The notes under the pieces: model-generated | Databases searched by the model: none | Told to the model about the DNA's origin: nothing | What the model saw: the letters and a program-made list of their open reading frames with translations, nothing else | DNA from: an uncultured Methanoregulaceae archaeon | GTDB lineage: Archaea; Halobacteriota; Methanomicrobia; Methanomicrobiales; Methanospirillaceae | Assembly (NCBI GenBank): GCA_963717525.1 | Contig: OY970343.1 | Span: forward strand, 2,112,001 to 2,176,000 | DNA: 64,000 nt | Reading direction: 5' to 3' | Program-made: the position numbers and the translations under genes | Shown: positions 50,118-59,589 of the stretch, in pieces | Layout: each line of letters begins with the position of its first letter | How positions within the stretch are numbered: the stretch's first letter is position 1

Positions 50118-51842
50118 TCACTCGAAGATCAGGATGTCCGGGGCAAACATCTTCATCAGGTTTTCAATATAGGTATACGCTTTCTTGTGATCGATGTACA
50201 TCCGGACGCTGGTGCCGTCAGTTTTTCGTATCTCAAGATACCCGGAAAGGAGGACGGGTTTTTTAAGGGTAATTTTTGCGAGATCTTTTCTCTCTGACTC
50301 AAAGATCCGGCTGTTTTCGAGTTCGCCCAGCGTTTTCTGGCGCGTATCAGACGCCGTCCCGAAGAGCTCGTCCATGATGAAGGTGCCGAACTGGACTCCC
50401 TGCGGGGCGGAGACATCGAGGTCCGGGTTGCGGATGACAAACAGCCTGCGGGTGGTGGCATAGATCCCGTATCCCCCGACTGCCGATCCGATGGCACCGG
50501 CAATTGCACCGCCCACCCCTTCGCTTGCTATCTTGAGCGTCAGGCTCGATATCCCGCCGAGATAATCTTCTGACGCGGCCCCGCCCGTCTCATCGCGCGC
50601 CTCGCTTACGGTGATCGCTTCGATCGCCGCCATAACCTGGCCGGCCGCATTCTGGACCGGGGAGCATTTGCCCTGCAGGATCATCGGCCTGCCCCGGATG
50701 GCCACGTGCTCTTTCTCTCCGATAAACGTGTCCCCTATTTTTTTTGCAGCAGGGATGTCCCGGCCCGCAACTGTCCCCGGGGGCCGGATGATATGATCAA
50801 TAAGCATCGGCCCGGGCTTGCCATAGAACGGCACTGCATACTCCTGGCCTCCCTTGCCGATCATCTCCACCGCAGGAACACCGGTCAGCTGGGCGAGTTT
50901 CGCACTCCACGCAATGATAACCCCGGATGCGTCGATTGCAAAGACGGGGGCGTCGAGAGACTGGAGCGTGGCCATCAGGTCGTTCCATCCTTCCTGTTTT
51001 TCCTCCGGAACGCTCCCGGTATCCCCGGCTGCGGCAGAAAGTGTAGTCTCCGCTTCATCAGCCATGCTCCCGCCGATCCGGACAAGAGCGGACGTGTCCC
51101 TTCCTGCGAGCTGGTATTCCTGGATCGCTCCTGTCTGGGAGAAGAACCCGTGGTACCCCCATTCGAGGGGGACACTCCTCCCGTCCCCGGCAATGATGTG
51201 GTGCTGGAGGAGGCAGTCCGGTTTTTCAGGAGTGAGTCCCTGGATGCAGGTGAATATCTCGGAGCGCTCGCTGTCAGGGACAAAGGCAAAGAAGTTCTCC
51301 CGGACGAGCTGGCGATAGGGTTTTTTATAGAGATGAACGCAGGGTTCGTTGACAAAAGTAAACGTCCCGTCGGCCTTGATCCTGCAGATGAGCTCCGCCC
51401 CGCTGTCCACGATCGAGTTGTAGAACCTTGCCCATGCGATCAGCTGGTACTCGGCATTCTTCTGCGGGACACGGACCCTGATAAAATCGATCAGCCGTGC
51501 CACCTCGTTTGCCATGTCAGCGCCTTTCTGCAGGTAATAATCGGCCCCCGTGTTGAGGGCGTCACGTGCGATGTGCGCCAGCCTCTTTGCCGTGGCCATG
51601 ACAAAGATCGACTGGCCTCCCCGCGCCCGGATCTCCTTGAGCAGGGCGAGTCCGTCCATGTCGGGCATCGCGTAATCCGCGATAATCACGTCAAAATACT
51701 GGCGGTTGAGCACGTCCAGTGCGTCGGAAGCGGTCAGTGCGGTCGTGACAGCAAGGTCCTTTTCCTGTTCAAGCCGTGCCTTGAAAGCATCCAGAAACAA
51801 GGGTTCGTCATCTATGCAGAGGAGAGAGATGGTCTGTGGCAT
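50118..51842 (-). CDS. REC-PAS-PAS signalling protein with unrecognised C-terminal domain
   Basis: IDDE..DYAMP..YLQK receiver; two PAS domains; no kinase domain. Confidence 0.85.
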   Translation of the reverse strand: MPQTISLLCIDDEPLFLDAFKARLEQEKDLAVTTALTASDALDVLNRQYFDVIIADYAMPDMDGLALLKEIRARGGQSIFVMATAKRLAHIARDALNTGADYYLQKGADMANEVARLIDFIRVRVPQKNAEYQLIAWARFYNSIVDSGAELICRIKADGTFTFVNEPCVHLYKKPYRQLVRENFFAFVPDSERSEIFTCIQGLTPEKPDCLLQHHIIAGDGRSVPLEWGYHGFFSQTGAIQEYQLAGRDTSALVRIGGSMADEAETTLSAAAGDTGSVPEEKQEGWNDLMATLQSLDAPVFAIDASGVIIAWSAKLAQLTGVPAVEMIGKGGQEYAVPFYGKPGPMLIDHIIRPPGTVAGRDIPAAKKIGDTFIGEKEHVAIRGRPMILQGKCSPVQNAAGQVMAAIEAITVSEARDETGGAASEDYLGGISSLTLKIASEGVGGAIAGAIGSAVGGYGIYATTRRLFVIRNPDLDVSAPQGVQFGTFIMDELFGTASDTRQKTLGELENSRIFESERKDLAKITLKKPVLLSGYLEIRKTDGTSVRMYIDHKKAYTYIENLMKMFAPDILIFE

Positions 51843-52013
51843 TATAGGGCCCCCAGTGTGTATCCAGATACTCGTTGTTCATATTAAATAAATTATTTAA
51901 TTAATGTATTTTGGTTGCGAGTGGGTGCATGCCCCATCGGCACATTGTCACCTCATCAGGGCCGCGCCGCGCTCCTCCGGCGAACCGAAAGACGGGAAAA
52001 AATTGCTGTCCGG

Positions 52014-52214
52014 TTATTTGAAGCAGCCCAGCTGGCATGCCCGGATCTTGATCCCGTGCGTATTGCAGTATGCGCTGATCTCATCCATCCTGATGCGGTA
52101 TTTTTCTGCTATTTCAAATGCCTGCTCACAGGTAATCACTTTTACGATCTTCTCCCCGGCAAATGCCTTCCCAATCGTTTTTTCGTCCATAGTACCGGAG
52201 TCATGTACGCTCAT
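52014..52214 (-). CDS. Small Cys-containing conserved hypothetical protein
   Basis: ITCEQAFEIA..CNTHGIKIRACQLGCF. Confidence 0.75.
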   Translation of the reverse strand: MSVHDSGTMDEKTIGKAFAGEKIVKVITCEQAFEIAEKYRIRMDEISAYCNTHGIKIRACQLGCFK

Positions 52215-52296
52215 GCGTCATAGCGTTTCTGAAACCGTTACAAAAGCCCGGAACGCTTCGCGAGGCTTTTCGTGGATCACGGCATAATGAATAACC

Positions 52297-53607
52297 ATGA
52301 AGGTAGCGCTGATCAACTCCCGCAAGGATGTTGCGGGATGCAATATCAGGCACCACATCGAGCAGTGCATCGGGGAATCCTCCCCCCGGGGAGCGGAAAG
52401 GAGCTATGAGTTTTTTGAGGTCAGCGGACGGCTCATCCACGCGGAAGGAGTCGATGATGGCATCGATGCGGACCTTGTTATCTTCCTCTCGCGCCACTCC
52501 AGCGTGAACCCGGTCCCTGTGCTCACGGTTCATGTGACCGGGAATTTCGGGCCGGCAGAATTGGGCGGCAGCCCCCGCACGCTCGCCCCGGCAGCGCCCG
52601 CCATGATGCAGGCGACCCTCCGGGCTCTCGCCCGGCACTGCCCGGAAGGCTACCGGGTCTCGTACGAGGTCACCCACCATGGCCCCACGGGTCTCTGCCA
52701 CCCCTCGTTCTTTGTCGAGATCGGGAGCACAGAGAAGGAATGGGCAGATCCGGCGGCAGGCCGGGCCGTTGCGGAAGCCGTGCTCAGTGCCGAGCCGTCC
52801 CACGCCGTCCCGCTGATAGGTATCGGTGGGACTCATTATGCTCCCCGCGAGACCGCTATCGCCCTTTCGAGCCGGGGGGCGTTTGGGCATATCGCAACCT
52901 CTAAGCGACAGGTTGCCGTGCTGGACCGGGAGATGGTGCAGGCCATGATGGTACAGAGCGGGGCTGTCGCGGCGTACATCGACCGGAAGGCCATGCCCCA
53001 CCCCGATTTTTCACGGCTTTCCGGGATCCTCGACGAGTTAAGGATCCCCCGTCTTTCGGAGACCGAGATCGCATCACTCGGGCATCTCCCGTGGGAGACC
53101 TATTTGGAGGTACGTAACCTCGCTGCTTCCGTCAGCCCCGGGGCACGGTGCTTTGTCCATGCGCTCGAAGGCACCGGCCCGCTTACGGCTATCTCCCTTG
53201 ATCCCGTGCTTCTTTCTGAAGCCAAAAGGTGCGATGAATCTGCCCTGATCCACGGTTTCGGACCTCTTTCTGTAGTGCACCTGACCAATGAGGACAACGT
53301 ACTTCTCCCGCAATTCGTCGCTTTCTCAAAAAATTCTTCGGAAATAATAAATGCTTTAAATACATTGTGCGTAAAAATCATACGTAACAGGGAAAGCACT
53401 GCGACGGAAAATGATTACCTGGTCATCAGAAAGGTACGGTTCGACCCCGGAAAAGCGCGCGAACTGGGGGTGCCGGCCGGCCCTGCCTACCGCCAGCTTG
53501 CCGCCGGGCAGGCAGTGGAGCACGATGGCCGGGTGATTACGCCCAACCGGGTATCCGTCGTCACCGAGACCAGAATCCACATCCCGGGACTGGAGAACTA
53601 CTCATGA
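52297..53607 (+). CDS. dtdA: D-aminoacyl-tRNA deacylase (DTD2) with C-terminal extension
   Basis: SRHSS, LTVHVTGN, EVTHHGPT, FVEIGS, GGTHY. Confidence 0.92.
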   Translation: MKVALINSRKDVAGCNIRHHIEQCIGESSPRGAERSYEFFEVSGRLIHAEGVDDGIDADLVIFLSRHSSVNPVPVLTVHVTGNFGPAELGGSPRTLAPAAPAMMQATLRALARHCPEGYRVSYEVTHHGPTGLCHPSFFVEIGSTEKEWADPAAGRAVAEAVLSAEPSHAVPLIGIGGTHYAPRETAIALSSRGAFGHIATSKRQVAVLDREMVQAMMVQSGAVAAYIDRKAMPHPDFSRLSGILDELRIPRLSETEIASLGHLPWETYLEVRNLAASVSPGARCFVHALEGTGPLTAISLDPVLLSEAKRCDESALIHGFGPLSVVHLTNEDNVLLPQFVAFSKNSSEIINALNTLCVKIIRNRESTATENDYLVIRKVRFDPGKARELGVPAGPAYRQLAAGQAVEHDGRVITPNRVSVVTETRIHIPGLENYS

Positions 53608-54699
53608 GGTCTATTGTTGAAGAGGCACTTACCAAGGCGAGAGACGAGACTGCATCGTCGTCCTCGCAGAATAACGAGGATCTTGATCAGATCTTAAGCG
53701 AACTCAAGACTGAGGTCACCGTGATCGGCTGCGGGGGCAGCGGTTCCAATACGATCACGCGCATGATGGAGGAGGGCATCCACGGCGCAAAACTGGTCGC
53801 CATCAACACCGATGCCCAGCACCTGATCCGCACCCACGCCGACCAGCGCATGCTGATCGGCCGGGCAGCGGACCCGGGGTCTCGGCGCCGGTTCCATCCC
53901 GCAGATCGGCGAGGAAGCCGCGCTCGAAAACGAGCAGGATATCCGGGCGGTCGTCTCCGGGTGCGACATGGTCTTTATCACGGTCGGCCTCGGCGGCGGC
54001 ACGGGCACGGGCTCCGCCCCGGTCGTTGCAAAGGCCGCCCGGGAAGAAGGCGCGCTCACCATCGCGGTCGTCACCCTGCCGTTTGCCTCTGAGGGTACGA
54101 TCCGCATGGAAAACGCCGAAGCCGGTCTCGAACGCCTCCGGGATGTGGCAGATACGGTGATAGTAGTCCCGAACGACCGTCTGCTTGAAGTAGTTCCCAA
54201 GCTCCCCCTCTCCGCGGCGTTCAAGGTTTCTGATGAGGTGCTTATGCGGGCGGTCAAGGGCATCACGGAACTGATCACGATGCCCGGTCTCGTGAACCTC
54301 GACTTTGCCGATGTGCGCACGGTCATGGAGCGCGGCGGCGTCGCTATGATCGGCATGGGCGAGAGCGACAGCGAGGATAAGGCTGCCGACTCGGTGAAGA
54401 AGGCAATCCGCTCCCCGCTCCTTGATGTGGATATCTCCGGTGCTACTGCCGCGCTCGTGAACGTGGTCGGCGGCCCGGACATGACAATGGCAGAAGCTGA
54501 AGGCGTCGTGCAGGAAGTCTATTCCCGCGTCGATGAGAATGCGCGGATCATCTGGGGTGCGCAGATTGACCCGACGATGTCAAACAAGATGCGGACGCTC
54601 CTGGTGGTCACGGGCGTACGGTCGCCACAAATATATGGTCGCAATGAGAAGCTTACCCCCAAAGTACAGAAACAATATGAGATCGATTTTCTCAAGTGA
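53604..54699 (+). CDS. ftsZ: Cell division protein FtsZ; frameshift near 53865
   Basis: [33 protein letters not shown]; removing one G restores [12 protein letters not shown]. Confidence 0.95.
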
Positions 54700-54705
54700 A
54701 CAGTT

Positions 54706-54912
54706 ATGGAAATTTCAAAACCTGATATCAAAGTCGACGTGCATGAGGAGTTATTCCGCAAATACTTCCGTGTCCTGAAACTCGCGCGCACACCCACCCG
54801 GGAGGAGTTCACCAAGATCGCGACCGTAGCGGCGGCCGGTATCCTCCTTATCGGGCTGATCGGATTTATCATCTACCTGCTCTTCGAACACAAGACCCTG
54901 CTGGGATTTTAG
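54706..54912 (+). CDS. secE: Protein translocase SecE/Sec61-gamma
   Basis: RVLKLARTPTREEF, TM helix; ftsZ-secE-spt5 synteny. Confidence 0.93.
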   Translation: MEISKPDIKVDVHEELFRKYFRVLKLARTPTREEFTKIATVAAAGILLIGLIGFIIYLLFEHKTLLGF

Positions 54913-54924
54913 ATCCTGATTGCC

Positions 54925-55449
54925 ATGACTGCGGAACCTACTACCGTATCGCCGGCTCCAGCGGCACCTGCCGCCCCCGAGGTCTTCAATAACCGGATTT
55001 TCGCGATCAAGACAACCTCCAAGCAGGAACGGACCGTTGCCGACAATATTTTAAAGGCGATCGACACAAAGGCGACCGACATCAAAGTCACCTCGATCAT
55101 CGTCCCCAACGAGCTGCAGGGATATGTCCTTGTCGAAACCCCCGAGCAGCGGAACAGGATCGAACAACTCGTCGAGATGATCGCCCATGCACGCGCGGTC
55201 GCAAAAGGCCAGACGACGCTTGCCGAAGTCGGGCATTTCCTGATCCCAAAACCCGTGGTCTCCGGCATCGACGAGGGCACTATCGTCGAGCTGATCGCAG
55301 GACCGTTCAAGGGCGAAAAAGCCGTGGTCAAGCGTGTCGATTCTGCAAAGGAAGAGATCACGGTCGAGCTGTACGAGAGCGTCGTCCCAATACCGATCAC
55401 GGTCCGGGGAGACAACGTACGGGTTGTTGAGAAATTCAGCGACCGGTAA
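54925..55449 (+). CDS. spt5: Transcription elongation factor Spt5/NusG
   Basis: KTTSKQE, GYVLVE, KOW motif GPFKGEKA. Confidence 0.95.
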   Translation: MTAEPTTVSPAPAAPAAPEVFNNRIFAIKTTSKQERTVADNILKAIDTKATDIKVTSIIVPNELQGYVLVETPEQRNRIEQLVEMIAHARAVAKGQTTLAEVGHFLIPKPVVSGIDEGTIVELIAGPFKGEKAVVKRVDSAKEEITVELYESVVPIPITVRGDNVRVVEKFSDR

Positions 55450-55620
55450 TTCTTTTTTTATCGTTTTCGTCACCAGCGGTAGTGTAACGTGATACCCGGA
55501 CCAGCAGATGTGGACGGAAGCCGGGATCCCTGCCATTGGTCCGGTATCACTCCGGTCTGAACTTTGCATGTTCAGGGTCCCCGTTTATCCGGTTTATAAA
55601 CAAACGCTGGCAGACCACAC

Positions 55621-55654
55621 TTTAAATATTACAAAATGTAATGTAAACATTACA
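55621..55654 (+). promoter_or_regulatory. TATA box followed by overlapping palindromic operator candidates
   Basis: TTTAAATA, then ATTACA-AAA-TGTAAT and TGTAATGT-AA-ACATTACA. Confidence 0.6.
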
Positions 55655-55700
55655 ATATGCGGGCAAGCCCCGACGTTCTGCCCCCATAGAGAGCATCATC

Positions 55701-56322
55701 ATGAAAACCTTTACCACCTCGATCATTATGCTTCTTGCAGTAACCCTGGTGCTTGCCGGAGTGCTTGTCGCAGGATGCACGCAGAGTAACGGCAGTACCT
55801 TCAGGCTCTGCCGGGAGCGGTCAGCAGGCTTCCCCCACGGCGACGTACGCCGGGAACGCAAGCTACGGAGGCCACCAGTTCTCCGGGCAGCGGTTCCTCA
55901 CCAACACGACCCTGCTCAATGCCGCCGCTGCGCAGCTGGGCGTTTCCGAGCAGGACCTCCAGAATGCCCTGACACCCCAGAGCGGGCAGCGGATGAACCT
56001 TACTTCCGCGGCAGCCCAGCTTGGTGTCACACCGCAGCAGCTCCAGGCAGCGCTTTTCCCGGCCGGTGGGTACCAGTTCTCAGGACAGGGCTTCCTTTCC
56101 AACACGACCCTGCTCAATGCCGCCGCTGCGCAGCTGGGCGTTTCCGAACAGGATCTCCAGAATGCTCTGACTCCCACAGGCGGGCAGCGGATGAACCTTA
56201 CGGATGCAGCAGCTCAGCTCGGTGTAACTTCCGACCAGCTCCGTTCAGCGCTCAGTTTCCCGGCCGGCGGCTACCATGGGAACTATACCATGCCCCTGAT
56301 GACGCCAACATCGGGACAATAA
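55701..56322 (+). CDS. Lipoprotein with two 66-aa helical repeats; frameshift near 55800
   Basis: LVAGC lipobox in ORF 55701; repeats AAAQLGVSEQDLQNAL in the frame of ORF 55753. Confidence 0.75.
55873..56271 (+). repeat. Intragenic tandem duplication, period 198 bp
   Basis: Units start at 55873 and 56071; long identical stretches such as CCAACACGACCCTGCTCAATGCCGCCGCTGCGCAGCTGGGCGTTTCCGA. Confidence 0.9.
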
Positions 56323-56448
56323 CCGAAAACTCCTCCCATTCCTCCCCTTTTTTGTGGCTCTGGCCTGCAATAAAACCCGACCGGCAGATCAAGTCAATAC
56401 CTTTATTATTGTTATTCTCCGATTCCCCTCCTACAGGAGCAGATGCAT

Positions 56449-57118
56449 ATGAAAGTCATTGGAATAAACGCAAGTCCCCGCGGAAAGGACAGCAACACCT
56501 TAAAACTCACAAACGCTGTGCTTGCCGGGGCAAAGGAAGAGGGCGCGGAAACGGAACTTATCGATCTCTACACGCTGCGCATCGAGTACTGCACGGCCTG
56601 CGGGACCTGCTATGCCACCGGGGAGTGTACCCAGCTGGACGATTTCTCGGATCTCTTCGACCGGATCATGAACGCTGACGGGATCGTGCTTGGCGCCCCC
56701 AACTATGTCGATTGCGTGCCGGCCCCGATGAAGGCACTCTTCGACCGGATGGCCGATGCAATCCACTGCCAGATGTTGACCGGCAAATTCGGGTGCTCGG
56801 TCTGCACGGCGGGAGGGGCCGGCGAGACGGAGGTCGTCGGGTACATGAACAAGGTCCTCTCAACGCTTGGTGCCAACATCGTGGGAGGGATCGGCGTCGC
56901 AATCGGGCGCGACCCGGTGACTCTCGGGAAGGCAGAAGGGGATGCCCATACCCTCGGAAAGACGCTTGCACAGGCCATCCAGGGGGCCATTACCTATCCC
57001 GACCAGGACGCGCTTCACAAGCAGAAACGGGAGTACTTCTGCCAGCTGGTTAAGTACAACAAAGACCGGTTCGCCCACGAGTACCGAATGGTACGAACAG
57101 ATGGGCTGGATGAAGTGA
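56449..57118 (+). CDS. Iron-sulfur flavoprotein (Isf family); probable frameshift near 57085
   Basis: ASPRG, CTACGTC..C; corrected end EYEWYEQMGWMK matches the paralog end EYERWVRMGWIR. Confidence 0.88.
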
Positions 57119-57134
57119 GCCGGGGGAAGCGGTC

Positions 57135-57974
57135 ATGAAGAGCATCACTGCGGAAAAACTCGGGCTTGCACACGAACCGGTGGCAGTCCTCTGGAGCAAC
57201 ACTAAGCCTGAAGGGGCACTCCAGATAAAACCACACGGCCAGACCTGCATCATGCCCTTTTTTGCACAGGTGGCAACGAAGGGGAAGACCGCCGTTTTCG
57301 ACCGGGAGAGCTATGGCTGTCCCGGCGCCCGGGCCGGGCTTGGGTTCGGGAACGGGTACTACGATGCCTTCGGTGGCGCCGGGGTGGACTTCATGTCCGC
57401 CTTCTTTGTGAAAGGAGCAGAGAGCAGCAAGAACCCGGAGGCCTATTGTGCAACCGTGCAGCACATCCCTGAGCGGGAGCGGGAGAAGTTCATCCACGGC
57501 GAGCGACTCCACAAAAACACGGAGAAGGCAAAGCGGTTCATGACAGCCGACCTGCCGATCACGGATATTGCCGAGAAGTACGTGATCTTCACCCCGTTGA
57601 GCAAGGTGAAGATCGGAGAGCAGCCGGTTGTCGTGGTGTTCCTGGCCGATCCCCTCCAGGTCACCGGCCTTGTCACGCTGGTCGGCGCCGTCCGCGAGGG
57701 AACGGATCCGGTCCGGGTCCCGCCCATGGCCGCCTGCCAGCAGATCGGGGCCTTCGTGTATGACGAGGCAAAAAAGGAGCACCCCCGGGCCGTGCTCGGG
57801 TACACGGACCTTGCTGCACGGGCGAACGTGGGAAAGACCATCCCGGAACAGATGTTCACGTTTGCGGTGCCGTTCACGCTCTACCGTGAGATGGAAGAGG
57901 AAGCAAAGAATGGTGTGTTCGACGGCCCGATCTGGAAAGGGCTTGCGGCGGAAAAGAAAGGAGTGGTATCATGA
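57135..57974 (+). CDS. DUF169 family protein
   Basis: EPVAV, GCPGARAGLGF, KYVIFTPL, AACQQ. Confidence 0.8.
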   Translation: MKSITAEKLGLAHEPVAVLWSNTKPEGALQIKPHGQTCIMPFFAQVATKGKTAVFDRESYGCPGARAGLGFGNGYYDAFGGAGVDFMSAFFVKGAESSKNPEAYCATVQHIPEREREKFIHGERLHKNTEKAKRFMTADLPITDIAEKYVIFTPLSKVKIGEQPVVVVFLADPLQVTGLVTLVGAVREGTDPVRVPPMAACQQIGAFVYDEAKKEHPRAVLGYTDLAARANVGKTIPEQMFTFAVPFTLYREMEEEAKNGVFDGPIWKGLAAEKKGVVS

Positions 57975-58753
57975 CAGGTGAGGATTTCAGGACGATTGGG
58001 TCGAGGCTTGCGTCTGCATTCCGGCTCCAGACACGACCCCTTGCGGTGTACGGAACGGATGTTTTGCCGGCCGGCATCCCCCCGATGGCCGGGATCAACC
58101 GGTGTTTTGCGGTTTCCCTGTACCGGATGGCGGCAGGACGCGAAATACCGGCGATCTATGTTGGTGAGGGGGCAAACGAGGGCTGCTGCCTGGGGGGGCT
58201 GTTCCATGTGGGATACATCCCGGTGCCGGACGATATCAAATACTTCGTGTCGACCGGCAGGAAGGATGTCCGCGGCGGAGCAGCGGAGTTCTTAAAGGCG
58301 AGCCCGGATCTGGTTGACCGCTGCTCGGCGGTGGCCGGGCCGATCCACCCGCCGGGGAAATACCTTGTTGTACAAGCGTGTGACGCTCTTCCCGATCCCA
58401 TGCCCGATGTCCTCTCCCTCTGCATCTTCGGGAACGGCGAGCAGATCCGGAACATGGCGGCCCTCATTCATTTCGACCGGGACGACCCGTTCTCTCCGGT
58501 CGTCGTCCCGTGGGGATCGTCCTGCTCGACGTTTATCACGTTCCCGGCCGGCCTTGCGGAGAATACGCCCAAAAATACCGCGTTCATGGGGCCACAGGAC
58601 CCTACGCAGAACCATTCTCTCCCGCTGGAGATGATGGCGCTGGGAATCCCCGCGGCGATGGCCGTGCGGATGGCAGACAACCTTGACGCATCGTTTGTTA
58701 CCCGGCGGCCGCAGGTGGCCTTCCCCCGCCGTGCTGCGCAGCAGTACCGGTAA
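57971..58753 (+). CDS. DUF169 family protein (second paralog)
   Basis: PLAVY, GCCLGG, KYLVV, WGSSC; ATGA overlap with the previous gene. Confidence 0.75.
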   Translation: MTGEDFRTIGSRLASAFRLQTRPLAVYGTDVLPAGIPPMAGINRCFAVSLYRMAAGREIPAIYVGEGANEGCCLGGLFHVGYIPVPDDIKYFVSTGRKDVRGGAAEFLKASPDLVDRCSAVAGPIHPPGKYLVVQACDALPDPMPDVLSLCIFGNGEQIRNMAALIHFDRDDPFSPVVVPWGSSCSTFITFPAGLAENTPKNTAFMGPQDPTQNHSLPLEMMALGIPAAMAVRMADNLDASFVTRRPQVAFPRRAAQQYR

Positions 58754-58781
58754 GCGGTCCCTTTTTTAGGAAGTAATGATA

Positions 58782-59414
58782 TCAGCGGCGGACAGCCAGC
58801 AGGTACACGGCCCGGTGCGGCCCGAATTTGCTCTTTACCTCAATAGTCTTCAACTCCCGGATATCAAAATACGGCGAGGTGAGGTTCCGGATCTCGGATT
58901 CCGATGAGAAATAGAGCGTTGTCCCGATCCGGGTCGTCCGGTATTTCCCGCTCCCGCCAAACTGGGGGTCGCTCTCATCAAAGCAGACCGAGAAGTACAA
59001 AGCCCCCGGGTCGGTGATTTTATGCACATTTCTGATATACGCCTCCCGGTCTTCCGGGAATATGTGGTGCAGGAGTTCCCAGTCATAGGCAAAGTCAAAA
59101 GTACTGGTCACTTCATGGAGGTCGCCGAGCAGGTCAGCGACCACAAACCTGCACCGGGCACCCCGCTTTTTTGCATGCTCCTGTGCAATCCTGATCGCGG
59201 CAGGAGAGCTGTCCACCCCTGTGACATCGAACCCGAGGCCGGCAAGATAGATCGCATAGTTGCCGGTACCGCACCCGAGATCGACGGCCCTGCAGGGCTG
59301 GACAATGCCCTCCTCTACCAGTTTTACCAGCGCATCGGGGGGTGTCTCGCTGTACCAGGGGATTGTGTCGAGGGGCAGGGTCTGGTAAATCCTGTCAATA
59401 TCAGCGTATTTCAT
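58782..59414 (-). CDS. Class I SAM-dependent methyltransferase
   Basis: IPW, VDLGCGTG, FDFAYD..HH. Confidence 0.9.
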   Translation of the reverse strand: MKYADIDRIYQTLPLDTIPWYSETPPDALVKLVEEGIVQPCRAVDLGCGTGNYAIYLAGLGFDVTGVDSSPAAIRIAQEHAKKRGARCRFVVADLLGDLHEVTSTFDFAYDWELLHHIFPEDREAYIRNVHKITDPGALYFSVCFDESDPQFGGSGKYRTTRIGTTLYFSSESEIRNLTSPYFDIRELKTIEVKSKFGPHRAVYLLAVRR

Positions 59415-59589
59415 GCATACCGTCCCTGTGAAGTGATTAACCGACAGGAGTTTCAAGGTTTCTCCGGGCCGGCCGCACCCGCTTCCCGTGCGGGAACTGC
59501 AATCATTATAGTCCTCAAGGTTCAACGTTGTAAACTGTATTTTACATCCTCCGGCAGATGCCCGGAGGCACCGGGGGCAGCAGGGCCGC

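Noticed and set aside
53604..54699. ftsZ (and thiL, MFS, radical SAM) as pseudogenes or programmed frameshifts
   Set aside because: Single-base indels in short homopolymers with intact flanking sequence, no slippery heptamers, and affecting core genes; assembly error is more parsimonious.
55873..56271. CRISPR-like or mobile repeat
   Set aside because: In-frame 198-bp coding duplication with mostly synonymous differences; no spacer structure and no cas genes.
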